From NCBI GenBank assembly GCA_020697715.1, contig JAEHCO010000001.1:682149-746148 (forward strand): 64,000 nt of DNA. Direction: 5' to 3'. The stretch's first letter is position 1; each line of letters starts with the position of its first letter. The notes beneath the pieces were generated by a model. The model worked only from the letters and a program-made list of their open reading frames with translations, made no database searches and was not told the DNA's origin. The stretch is from Methanobacteriota archaeon. Lineage in GTDB: Archaea; Thermoplasmatota; Thermoplasmata; SG8-5; JAGLSY01. A program made the translations under genes and the position numbers. This document shows, one piece after another, positions 40,732-50,106 of the stretch.

Positions 40732-41760
40732 CTACCAATCCATAACTTGTATCGATGATAGATCAAAGACATACAGGCTGGATGTTGGCGAATAGGTATG
40801 CACGATCCTCGCCCCATCCACAGTAACTGGATGTCCATATCCCATGGCCTTTTCCTCTATCTCACCAGATAGCTTGGGAACGTCCTCGTTCTCCACGATG
40901 GCATATAAGTAGATCGACCCGCCAGGCTCCAGCACATCCAGTGCCGCCCCCAGGAAGTCCATTGACGAGTGAGGCAAGTTCATGATTATCCTATCAGAAT
41001 TCGGAAGACCGCATATCACTGATCTGGCATCTCCCTGATAATGGGAGATGTTCTCCACTTTGTTCAGCATGATATTCTTTTCAAGGTAAACGATGGCATC
41101 GGGATTGATATCGATGGCATGTATCTCCCTCGGGTTGGCGTGCTTGGCTATCATTATGGAAAAGGGCCCGACACCTGCGAACATATCCAAAATATTATCA
41201 CCATACCTCACGATCTCGGCAATTCTTTTTCTCTCCCCAGCCAGTCTGGGTGAGAAATAAACACTGGCTATGTCCATTTCCAGTCGCAATCCGAATTCCT
41301 TGTGAATTGTCTTTGTACGATCATCACCCGCGATGATACTGATATCGCGAGTTCGAAACTCACCCTTCACACCACCGTCCAGTGTCACTACTTTCAGATT
41401 ATTGTTCGCCTTCAGAATTGCCTCCCCGATGGCTTTGGAATAGTGAAGTAGGGCATCTGCCAGCTTGATGATGCAGATGTCTCCGATGATATCGAATGAA
41501 GATGGCAAGAGGTCCTTGAGTTGGCTCGGAATATCAGCCAACTCCCTGTATCCCTTCGCCTGCTCCAACTCTTCAAAATCCATTTCGGAAATTGGATAAC
41601 AAAGCTCCAGCTCTTTGCCAGGCTCGACAGATATCGGGATGAAGATATCTGTGTTGGATGACATGATACGAAGATCCTTTCTAAGTAGATCTTCGTCTGA
41701 AAGCTTTTTACGTATGGTCTCCCCTTTACTCCTGGGTACGACCACGCATTTGGAGATCAT
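40732..41760 (-). CDS. trm5: Trm5/Met-10+ family tRNA methyltransferase
   Basis: [43 protein letters not shown]. Confidence 0.9.
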   Translation of the reverse strand: MISKCVVVPRSKGETIRKKLSDEDLLRKDLRIMSSNTDIFIPISVEPGKELELCYPISEMDFEELEQAKGYRELADIPSQLKDLLPSSFDIIGDICIIKLADALLHYSKAIGEAILKANNNLKVVTLDGGVKGEFRTRDISIIAGDDRTKTIHKEFGLRLEMDIASVYFSPRLAGERKRIAEIVRYGDNILDMFAGVGPFSIMIAKHANPREIHAIDINPDAIVYLEKNIMLNKVENISHYQGDARSVICGLPNSDRIIMNLPHSSMDFLGAALDVLEPGGSIYLYAIVENEDVPKLSGEIEEKAMGYGHPVTVDGARIVHTYSPTSSLYVFDLSSIQVMDW

Positions 41761-41771
41761 TGGTGTTTGAC

Positions 41772-42560
41772 ATGAGTCATTTGATATTTATCGGTTTGGG
41801 GCTTCACGACGAGAAGGGAATCACACTGGCAGGTTTGGAGGCCATAAAAAGCTGTGATCAGCTTTTTATGGAGGAGTACACCGCGGTGCTCACTGGTACT
41901 GGCCATGAGAAGCTTGAAGAGCTATATGGTAAGGAAATAAATTTTCTTGATCGAAAAGCGGTGGAGGATGGCTCCATCATTCTGGAAGCCGCTAAAAGGT
42001 CAAAAGTGGCCTTTCTTGTTCCTGGGGATGCGATGTCCGCCACCACCCACGTGGATATAACTCTGCGCGCCAGGGACATGGGCATCGGGACATCCATCAT
42101 ACCCGGGGTCTCAGCTCTCAATGCGATCCCTGGATTCCTCGGACTTCAGAATTACAAGTTCGGTAAGATAACGACAATTCCTTTTTGGGAGGAGAACTAC
42201 AAACCAGCCAGCTTCTACGACGCGGTGGCTGACAATCTGGAGATGGGATTGCATTCACTTATTCTTCTGGACATACAGGCTGACGTACCAAGGTACATGA
42301 CGGCCACCCAGGCCTTTGAAATGCTTATAGAGGTGGAGAAAGATAGCAATAAAAATATCTTCACACCCGATCGTATAGTGTGTGTTGTCGCGAGGGCTGG
42401 AAGTGAGGATGTCCTTGTTAGGGCGGGCACGCTGGCCGAACTGCGGGGTGAGGATTTCGGAGGGCCTATGCATTCCATTGTTGTTCCTGGAAAAATGCAT
42501 TTTATGGAAGCCGAGGCGCTGGTTAAATTGGCTGGAGCGCCGAAGGAAATAATGGAATAA
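41772..42560 (+). CDS. dph5: diphthine synthase
   Basis: FIGLGL, GDAMSATTH, GLQNYKFG, GLHSLILLDI, DFGGPMH, HFMEAE. Confidence 0.95.
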   Translation: MSHLIFIGLGLHDEKGITLAGLEAIKSCDQLFMEEYTAVLTGTGHEKLEELYGKEINFLDRKAVEDGSIILEAAKRSKVAFLVPGDAMSATTHVDITLRARDMGIGTSIIPGVSALNAIPGFLGLQNYKFGKITTIPFWEENYKPASFYDAVADNLEMGLHSLILLDIQADVPRYMTATQAFEMLIEVEKDSNKNIFTPDRIVCVVARAGSEDVLVRAGTLAELRGEDFGGPMHSIVVPGKMHFMEAEALVKLAGAPKEIME

Positions 42561-42640
42561 TCTTATGAAAATTAATACTTTCGCCCTACCCCACCTAAGC
42601 CTTATAAATGAACCGGGGAATGTACCTATGGTGATAGACC

Positions 42641-43585
42641 ATGAGTGACGAGATACAGATAGAAGACCTGCCCGGAGTGGGACCCGCAACCGCCGAGAAG
42701 CTAAGAGAAGCTGGATACACAACATTATTGGCCATAGCGGTTGAATCCCCAAAAAATCTTTCAGATCTGGCGGATATCGGGGATGCTGTCGCGGTCAAGG
42801 TCATCGCCGCCGCGAAGAAAGCCGCGGATCTCGGTAATTTCGAGACCGGTGATATCGTCATGGAAAGAAGGCAGAACATTGGAAAGCTTACGACCATGTC
42901 GAAAGCTTTCGACAGCCTGATGGGCGGAGGTATCGAGACCCAGGCCATCACGGAGATGTTCGGGGAGTTTGGTTCAGGTAAGACCCAGATAGCGCATCAA
43001 TGTGCGGTCTCGGTGCAATTACCAGTGGAAGAAGGGGGGCTGGATGGAGACGTGATCATAATCGACACAGAGAACACTTTCAGGCCGGAGAGGATAACGC
43101 AGATGGCTGAAGCACTCGATCTGGATCCTACAAAGGTATTGAAGAGGATACATGTTGCCAGGGCTTTCAATTCCCATCATCAAATGTTACTGGCGGATAA
43201 AGCAAAGGAAACTGCCGAGGATCTCAATGTACGTCTTTTGATAGTTGATTCATTGACATCACATTTCAGAGCAGAGTACATTGGTCGAGGGGCATTGGCA
43301 GATCGCCAGCAGAAGCTGAACAAGCATATGCATGATCTATTGAGATTCGGTGACCTTAATAACGCGGCCATCATAGTTACCAATCAGGTGTCTTCCAAAC
43401 CTGATGCTTTCTTTGGAGATCCAACAAGACCCATCGGGGGACACATAGTCGGGCACACGGCGACCTTCAGATTATATCTCAGAAAGAGCAAGGGTGGAAA
43501 ACGTATAGCCAGGCTCATAGATTCTCCGAATCTACCAGAGGGTGAGGCAGTTGTCACGATAGATGTGAAAGGCGTTCGAGATTGA
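42641..43585 (+). CDS. radA: DNA repair and recombination protein RadA
   Basis: [56 protein letters not shown]; no intein. Confidence 0.98.
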   Translation: MSDEIQIEDLPGVGPATAEKLREAGYTTLLAIAVESPKNLSDLADIGDAVAVKVIAAAKKAADLGNFETGDIVMERRQNIGKLTTMSKAFDSLMGGGIETQAITEMFGEFGSGKTQIAHQCAVSVQLPVEEGGLDGDVIIIDTENTFRPERITQMAEALDLDPTKVLKRIHVARAFNSHHQMLLADKAKETAEDLNVRLLIVDSLTSHFRAEYIGRGALADRQQKLNKHMHDLLRFGDLNNAAIIVTNQVSSKPDAFFGDPTRPIGGHIVGHTATFRLYLRKSKGGKRIARLIDSPNLPEGEAVVTIDVKGVRD

Positions 43586-43653
43586 TATTAATTTATCAAT
43601 ATCGAACTCTGCCATTTAAATTAGATAATATCGCACTCTAAAATTATCAAGTC

Positions 43654-44916
43654 CTATTGATCGGATATCTCGCCCAATGCCTTCTTCACAAAATCATCCA
43701 TCTTCAGATGTGTGTAGAGATTGGCGGCTCGTCTCAGTTCCTCATTGGCTCGACTGATATTGCCCTTTCTCTTATAGGACATTCCCATTTCATACCTGCA
43801 CTGGGCGAGGTAAGAAGGTGTATTGATCTCTGTGTAAATATCAACAGCTTTCTGATAGCTGAGAGCGGCCATATCCCAATTCTCTTTTTTGGAATACAAC
43901 ATGCCATAGGCCTGATAGGCTCCTCCTATGCCAGCTCTGTCCCCGATCTCCTCCAGGAATGATAGACTGGAACCCAGCATCTCCTCTGCTTTATCAAAGT
44001 CAAGCTTATTGACCAATGCGATGGCCATGTTCGCCTCGGCCCATGCCTTCATATTGAACCATCCACCCTTGTTTGCGAACTCCACGCTCTTTTCCAAGTT
44101 GACAAGAGCTTTATCCCAATCCTTTTTCAATAGATAGGTATCGCCAAGATTATTGTATGCTCGAGATATTTGTTGATAATTTTCAGTATCCTTCAAATTA
44201 TCCAGAGCCTCGGTATAATGCTCCAGGGCATCCTGAAGCTCACCCATATCGGAATGAACATTACCGAGTCCGATATTGGCTATTCCCTGCCCATCATGAT
44301 TATCGGACACTCTGGCAAGGTACGCGCCCTCTTCGTAGGATTTGATGGCCTTGGCATAGAGACCCATGTTCCATTGAGCAGTGCCAATGGCATTATGGCA
44401 GTTCGCCATTTCAGCCTTGTCACTGGTCTCCTTAACGAACTCAAGGGATTGAGCATAGAACTCCAATGCCTGCTCGAATTCCGCTCTTTCCTGATGGATG
44501 AACCCCAATAATCTGAGGAATCTGGCAGTCTCATTCTTATCCTTCCTTGACTCAGCATCCTTTAAAAGCTCATCAAAATATTGGAAGGCCTTGTCCCACT
44601 CTCCAGCAAAGAGGCTTGCTTTCCCAAGATCCTCTCTCATACGGATCTTGTTCTCCTCACTGGCCTCGTCCTCAACGATCTGCTCCATATCACCAAGAGC
44701 CTTGATCTCCTTGTAAATCTTCCTTGCTTTCTCATACCCACCGAATGTCCTCATAACCTCTGAAAGCTTGCTAGCCAGGCTTGGAAGGTCTCGGGATTCG
44801 ATATTGTCAGGGTCTGTGCCGATTATAAGGCACTGCTTCTTAACAATAAAAGGTCCCATATCATGCATCTCTCTCTGCATGATGTCATTTATTTTTGTAG
44901 TTAATTCACTGGGCAT
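43654..44916 (-). CDS. tetratricopeptide repeat protein with N-terminal helical domain
   Basis: about 8 MalT/TPR_12-type repeats (AYNNLGDTY, ANIGLGNVH). Confidence 0.88.
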   Translation of the reverse strand: MPSELTTKINDIMQREMHDMGPFIVKKQCLIIGTDPDNIESRDLPSLASKLSEVMRTFGGYEKARKIYKEIKALGDMEQIVEDEASEENKIRMREDLGKASLFAGEWDKAFQYFDELLKDAESRKDKNETARFLRLLGFIHQERAEFEQALEFYAQSLEFVKETSDKAEMANCHNAIGTAQWNMGLYAKAIKSYEEGAYLARVSDNHDGQGIANIGLGNVHSDMGELQDALEHYTEALDNLKDTENYQQISRAYNNLGDTYLLKKDWDKALVNLEKSVEFANKGGWFNMKAWAEANMAIALVNKLDFDKAEEMLGSSLSFLEEIGDRAGIGGAYQAYGMLYSKKENWDMAALSYQKAVDIYTEINTPSYLAQCRYEMGMSYKRKGNISRANEELRRAANLYTHLKMDDFVKKALGEISDQ

Positions 44917-44993
44917 TTCTCATCATCCTTAATGTTGAGGATAATTGCACTTAGAATATATAATCCTGTTTATCCTTCCTCATATATCCTTCA

Positions 44994-45377
44994 TCAACCA
45001 TAGCCATCTATTTCAAATATCTTTGATCGGGATCTACATTGGCTCATGTATTTGATGAGGTCCTTTATCGTGTTCGTCAAGATAATGTGATTCATCTCTC
45101 CCTGGAATTCCCGCATCATATCCCTGCCACAGAAGAATTTGAAGGTAGGTACACCCATGACATTATGAAAAGCAGCCAGGGATTGATTCCTGGAGGCATC
45201 TATCTTGACAAATATGGCATCTTCCTTCATCTCCCTGGCCACATCTTGAAATACAGGTTCCATGCTCCTGCATACTGGACAGGTGGTGGTGTAGAATTCC
45301 ACAACTATCAATTTCTTGGTCTCATCCATTAGTCTATTGAAGCTGGCTTCATTAAGTTCCTTGATGACCTCTTCCAT
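44994..45377 (-). CDS. thioredoxin family protein
   Basis: VVEFYTTTCPVC, VMGVPTFKFF, C-terminal IDGYG. Confidence 0.9.
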   Translation of the reverse strand: MEEVIKELNEASFNRLMDETKKLIVVEFYTTTCPVCRSMEPVFQDVAREMKEDAIFVKIDASRNQSLAAFHNVMGVPTFKFFCGRDMMREFQGEMNHIILTNTIKDLIKYMSQCRSRSKIFEIDGYG

Positions 45378-45454
45378 ATTCCTTCACCAATTGATGAAAT
45401 GGATTTCCATGAATATAAATTTGTTCATCAAGCATCATAAAAAATAATAAAGTG

Positions 45455-45480
45455 TGGATGGGCTCTTTCGAACCCATCCA
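45455..45480 (-). terminator. hairpin flanked by A/T tracts after the ABC permease
   Basis: TGGATGGG...CCCATCCA 8-bp stem. Confidence 0.65.
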
Positions 45481-45507
45481 TTTTTTGTTCATTACTTATG
45501 CCAGTTC

Positions 45508-48500
45508 TTAACCCACATATCTCAGAGCCTCTGAAGGCGATGTCTTGGAAGCATTCATGGCCGGTATTATGGTGCACAGTATTGTCGCTATGTACGCGAT
45601 GGCTGTTACCAGAGCGATCTTCGCCCATGGTATGACGTACTCAATGTCGCCGCCCATATCGGATATCATGACATTGAAGATCTCATATGATACCATTATG
45701 CCAGCTAATGTCCCGATAAGGACTCCCATGGTCGCCACGAACAATATCTCGATGAGGAAGGCATTGCGCACATTCTTCTTCTTGAAGCCAATGGATCGCA
45801 ATATTCCGATCTCCGGTGTCCTTTCAACGACCGATCTTATGGTTATTATACCAAGACCTGCAACACCCACGACCATACCCATGTAGAGGTAAAGCTCGAA
45901 GAGAACGAACATGGAGTTCATCATCTCCATGGAGCTCTCCACCATGTCCTCGACGATGACCGAGTTCATACCAAGAGCCGCAAAATCCTTTTCCATGGCA
46001 TCGGCAGTAGCCTGAATGTCCTGACCGTCACCCACATCAATGAGGAATACGGAATTGGCCATCCCCATCATGCCGAATTCCTTGATAACGTTCGGCTTGG
46101 ACATGAAAGCACCGTTCAAGGTACTCTGGTCAACTATTCCGATCACCTGATATTCTTCGGTCACATCTCCTGTGAAGGTTGTAAAGGTCAAGTGGTTGCC
46201 AACAGACACCTGGCTCATCATGGCCATCATACTACTGTATATGATGTAGTTTGAATCTGGTGCTGTGACCGCCTCCCATACGGCGCTCACTTCCTGGCCT
46301 TCAAATTCCTCCATGACCTTCATGAACTCGAATGATCTTCCTTCATGGAATTGATCATCTATACCATATACGATGGCGCCCGAGAACATTCCAAAGCCGA
46401 AACCCATACCTCCTTCATCAGCCTGGACCTCTTCGGTCACATTCGCTTCAGCAGCATAGGCTTGAGAAACCTGAGAAATAGTGGCATGATCGAAGACACT
46501 GGACGTGATCATGGTATTGTCTACAGGGTCTGTCACATTGTATATGTCTATGACCGGGTTCTGTGCATTGGCAATTATATGATAACCGCCGCCTTCCTTC
46601 AATGTTTCTTCATCCAGATCCATGACGAATATGTTCGAGAACACAGAAAGCATGACGATCATGTAAACGACAAGTGCGAACATGGCCACACTCATTCCAG
46701 TTCTGAACTTCTTGCTCAATGGATATGATACCGCGGTCATCACGGTTGGCCTGAACTTCTTCGCTCGCCCAATGCTATTAACGATCATCATTATAACTGG
46801 TTTTGAATTGTACATTATCAAAAGCACCAGGCTGAGAACTATCAGAACACCAGACAGGATGAAAGGCATTTCCAGATTTCCCATGTCCGCATCTCCGAAA
46901 TATGTCCTTATAGCGTAATATGTGTAAAGGAATACTCCAAGAGTGGCGGATGTGACAGAGATCCTATCTCCGATCCATCTCCACAGGAGCATTGCCAGTC
47001 CTGTTATGATTCCTGATGGGGCCAGTAACTTCACCATGAACTCATCGTTCCACATTTGGAACATCATCACGGAGGAAACCACTACAAGGAGAGCACCGAG
47101 CAATGGAATCTTCCAGCCTTTCCTATCATTAACTGGCTCTTCAATTCCTCGAATAGCCCTTATGATATTCAGATTGCTGATCCTCCAGGATGTGAATAAT
47201 ATCGTGGCAAAGGTTATTATGAACCCTGTGGAGAAGGCCTGTATCAGGCTGAAGTTCTCGAAGTGGAATGGTATGACCACACCTGCCATGATATTCGCGA
47301 TATTGTTTATCATGTAGATAAGTATCCAACCGATCACGACACCGACTATCGTTCCCATGGCACTTGCCACAGAACCATAGGCTAATCCTTCAAAGAGGAA
47401 GGACTGCATAAGGTGACGTCGCTTCATTCCAACCGCTCTGGCCATTCCCAATTCGGACTTTCTCTCCTCGGCCAGCATGGTGAAGATATTGATTATAAGA
47501 ATAACACCTGCCAGTATGGCGAATGATCCAAATATGGTAAGGAATGTGGATAATAGTTCATTTATATCCTGCGCCATCTCAAGGCTGTCCTGCTTGACTC
47601 CCTCGGCTTCCAGTATGAATGTGTAGGAGTACTCGGCGAATACAGGGGTCATCGGAGGCGGCGAAACAAATGTCACCATGCCAGACGACTCATCGAATTC
47701 GAAATTATTGTATATGGTCGAATTAACATCACTTAGAAGAGGAGCAACAGGAAGGAAGGAACCATTTGGTGCCATGACAAAATCCCCCAGGATGATGTAC
47801 ATCGCTCCACCATTCTCCACCATGAAAGGCGTCTGCTCCATCACAGTACCATTGGTCGTGAGCACCAAGCTACCTGCATCCAGATTGGAATTAGATAGCA
47901 TCGATATGTTGGCTCCACCCATTGGGATCGGGATCAGCATCTCGTTCTGGACATTGAAGGTCAGATCCTGTATAAGTGGCTCTATGGCCTCCAATACTTC
48001 CTCGGTGCCATCTGTTCCACTCTCCACACCACCAATATTGGAGATCTTGATCATGGATATCATGTTTTGAGCATCCAGCATATCCTGGGCCGTATCTATA
48101 TCGACATAGATATTGTATGTTTCCAGATTCATGCCGCTTCCAGGATTGAACTGTGCCTTTCCCTCATCTTCCACAATGTAGGATATTGTCAATGTTTGGC
48201 TGTGTATGTCTCCGTAGCCCATGTATCCATTCCCGATGGTGTATGTGAGATCGATCGTGTCGCCAACATCTGCATCCAGGCTATTGGCCAATTCCCGGTT
48301 GATGACCGAATTGTTTCCAGTCACGGCTCCATTTATCTCCTCACCGTTGGAAAGGGTGAACAAACCAAATTCCTCATCCTGCACGGCGTCGAATCCGATA
48401 AGACTCACTGATGGTTCAAACAATCCACTTTGCTGTTGACGAACACTGACACTTTGCACCAGCAACGGCGATATGCCGTCCGTCAGCGCACTCAGCTCAT

Positions 48501-48819
48501 TGTTGCTGGATATGGTAGTGTAGATAGATTCGTCAAAGGTTCCACCATTATCCTCGCTGATGAGCACATCTATGACCTGAAGTTGCTCATATGTCTCCTC
48601 AACGATGAAATATTCTATCGAGTCTCCAACGACCATCGATGCACATATGATAGAGGTCCCTATCAACAGGCCAGCCACCGATATCACGGTATGGCCCTTG
48701 TGCCTCAGGAAGTTCCTGACCCCGAGTTTCGCGATCACCCGTCTATGAATTCCCATGGCCAGCATCAGTACGATGAGGCCAAGGACGATAGCGGGCAAAT
48801 ATAATTCAGAGGTTTCCAT
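45508..48819 (-). CDS. MacB/FtsX-like ABC transporter permease (duplicated, large extracellular loops)
   Basis: EERKSELGMARAVG and VERTPEIGILRSIG FtsX motifs, ends PSEALRY. Confidence 0.92.
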   Translation of the reverse strand: METSELYLPAIVLGLIVLMLAMGIHRRVIAKLGVRNFLRHKGHTVISVAGLLIGTSIICASMVVGDSIEYFIVEETYEQLQVIDVLISEDNGGTFDESIYTTISSNNELSALTDGISPLLVQSVSVRQQQSGLFEPSVSLIGFDAVQDEEFGLFTLSNGEEINGAVTGNNSVINRELANSLDADVGDTIDLTYTIGNGYMGYGDIHSQTLTISYIVEDEGKAQFNPGSGMNLETYNIYVDIDTAQDMLDAQNMISMIKISNIGGVESGTDGTEEVLEAIEPLIQDLTFNVQNEMLIPIPMGGANISMLSNSNLDAGSLVLTTNGTVMEQTPFMVENGGAMYIILGDFVMAPNGSFLPVAPLLSDVNSTIYNNFEFDESSGMVTFVSPPPMTPVFAEYSYTFILEAEGVKQDSLEMAQDINELLSTFLTIFGSFAILAGVILIINIFTMLAEERKSELGMARAVGMKRRHLMQSFLFEGLAYGSVASAMGTIVGVVIGWILIYMINNIANIMAGVVIPFHFENFSLIQAFSTGFIITFATILFTSWRISNLNIIRAIRGIEEPVNDRKGWKIPLLGALLVVVSSVMMFQMWNDEFMVKLLAPSGIITGLAMLLWRWIGDRISVTSATLGVFLYTYYAIRTYFGDADMGNLEMPFILSGVLIVLSLVLLIMYNSKPVIMMIVNSIGRAKKFRPTVMTAVSYPLSKKFRTGMSVAMFALVVYMIVMLSVFSNIFVMDLDEETLKEGGGYHIIANAQNPVIDIYNVTDPVDNTMITSSVFDHATISQVSQAYAAEANVTEEVQADEGGMGFGFGMFSGAIVYGIDDQFHEGRSFEFMKVMEEFEGQEVSAVWEAVTAPDSNYIIYSSMMAMMSQVSVGNHLTFTTFTGDVTEEYQVIGIVDQSTLNGAFMSKPNVIKEFGMMGMANSVFLIDVGDGQDIQATADAMEKDFAALGMNSVIVEDMVESSMEMMNSMFVLFELYLYMGMVVGVAGLGIITIRSVVERTPEIGILRSIGFKKKNVRNAFLIEILFVATMGVLIGTLAGIMVSYEIFNVMISDMGGDIEYVIPWAKIALVTAIAYIATILCTIIPAMNASKTSPSEALRYVG

Positions 48820-48851
48820 TTTCTCACCTTTTGGATATTTAATATATTATT

Positions 48852-49640
48852 CTACCTCAACTCGGGTGCCTCGACGGCCTCTGTGATCTCTGCGGATCCT
48901 TCAATTTCATGGTCATCAGCATGCTCTATCGGAACCTTTCCTTGCCCTGGCATCTCAGTGGCAACGAACTTGCCGCTTCGCATGTAGAGGATCTTGTCAG
49001 CCCTTCGTCCGATCTCCAGGTTATGAGTGACTATGACGAATGTTGCCTGTGTTTCATCCCTCAATCTGGCAACAAGGTCCATTATGCCATTCGCGGTCTC
49101 ATCATCAAGATCACCTGTCAATTCATCGCCCCAGATGATAGCTGGCTTTGCGATCAATGCTCTTGCGATGGTGGTTCTCTGTCTCTCACCACCACTCAAT
49201 GCACCGGGTCGGCTGTGCATGACCTTCTCGAGACCAACAGTCTTCATTATCTCGATGGCTGCCTCCCTAGCTTCCTTAGCAGGTGTGCCGGATACCAGAA
49301 GTGGCATCTCGACGTTCTCAACTGCTGAAAGAACTGGAAGCAGATTGTAAAATTGGAATATGAAGCCCATTCTATGAGCCCTGTGCTCGGTCTTGTCATT
49401 ATCTGACATGGAAGCAAGGTCTGTACCTTCTATCTCCACAACTCCGCCAGTTACATCATCAAGACCAGAAAGGCAATTCAACATAGTTGTCTTGCCACAG
49501 CCAGATGGACCCATGATAGCGATCATGTCTCCTTTCTTGACGGTAAAATCCACGCCCCTTAGGGCCTTGACCTCGACACTGCCTGTCTTGTAGGTCTTGT
49601 ATATGTTCTTGGCATTCACCATTATATTATTTTCACTCAT
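48852..49640 (-). CDS. ABC transporter ATP-binding protein (LolD/MacB-type)
   Basis: GPSGCGKTT, GFIFQFYNL, LSGGERQR, DELTGDLD. Confidence 0.95.
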   Translation of the reverse strand: MSENNIMVNAKNIYKTYKTGSVEVKALRGVDFTVKKGDMIAIMGPSGCGKTTMLNCLSGLDDVTGGVVEIEGTDLASMSDNDKTEHRAHRMGFIFQFYNLLPVLSAVENVEMPLLVSGTPAKEAREAAIEIMKTVGLEKVMHSRPGALSGGERQRTTIARALIAKPAIIWGDELTGDLDDETANGIMDLVARLRDETQATFVIVTHNLEIGRRADKILYMRSGKFVATEMPGQGKVPIEHADDHEIEGSAEITEAVEAPELR

Positions 49641-49653
49641 TTCTTATTCCTCC

Positions 49654-49986
49654 TCATAGATCATTGAATATATCTTTAATCGCATTCAATCCATCGTCGA
49701 AATTATCATCCAATTGCTTGATCGCCTCTTTGCCTTTTTTTGTGATGGAAAAGACCTTTTTCATTCCACAGGATTTCACATTTATCAATCCGGCTCCTTT
49801 TAGCTTCATAAGAGCAGGATGTAAAGAACCTGAGCTTGGTCTCCAACCACTGACTTCTTCTATTCGGCTCATCATGGCATAGCCGTGCATCTCCTCGCGT
49901 GCCAGCATCTTCAATATGAAGAACTTTAAGAGGCCTTTTCGGAAGTCCTTGGCAATTTCCCTGGTAAGTATATCGGATTTCGACAT
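49654..49986 (-). CDS. PadR family transcriptional regulator
   Basis: KGLLKFFILKML...MHGYAM...PSSGSLHPAL...ITKKG; start placed at ATG 49986 about 25 nt below a TATA box. Confidence 0.9.
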   Translation of the reverse strand: MSKSDILTREIAKDFRKGLLKFFILKMLAREEMHGYAMMSRIEEVSGWRPSSGSLHPALMKLKGAGLINVKSCGMKKVFSITKKGKEAIKQLDDNFDDGLNAIKDIFNDL

Positions 49987-50020
49987 ATCGATATCCGACA
50001 TATCGATGTTCGATATAAAG
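49981..50020 (-). promoter_or_regulatory. TATA box plus tandem palindromic operator repeats for the padR-ABC operon
   Basis: 15-bp tandem CGACATATCGATATC / CGACATATCGATGTT / CGATATA; TTTATA on minus strand at 50019-50014. Confidence 0.65.
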
Positions 50021-50068
50021 ATTTCGCCTGTCAAAAGCAGATAAATTTTAGAAAATAAAGGAAAAATG

Positions 50069-50096
50069 AAAGCGGCCAGTTCATAATGACCGCTTT
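50069..50096 (-). terminator. hairpin plus U tract after M3 peptidase
   Basis: minus strand AAAGCGGTCA...TGGCCGCTTT then T-rich. Confidence 0.65.
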
Positions 50097-50106
50097 ATTC
50101 TCGTTC

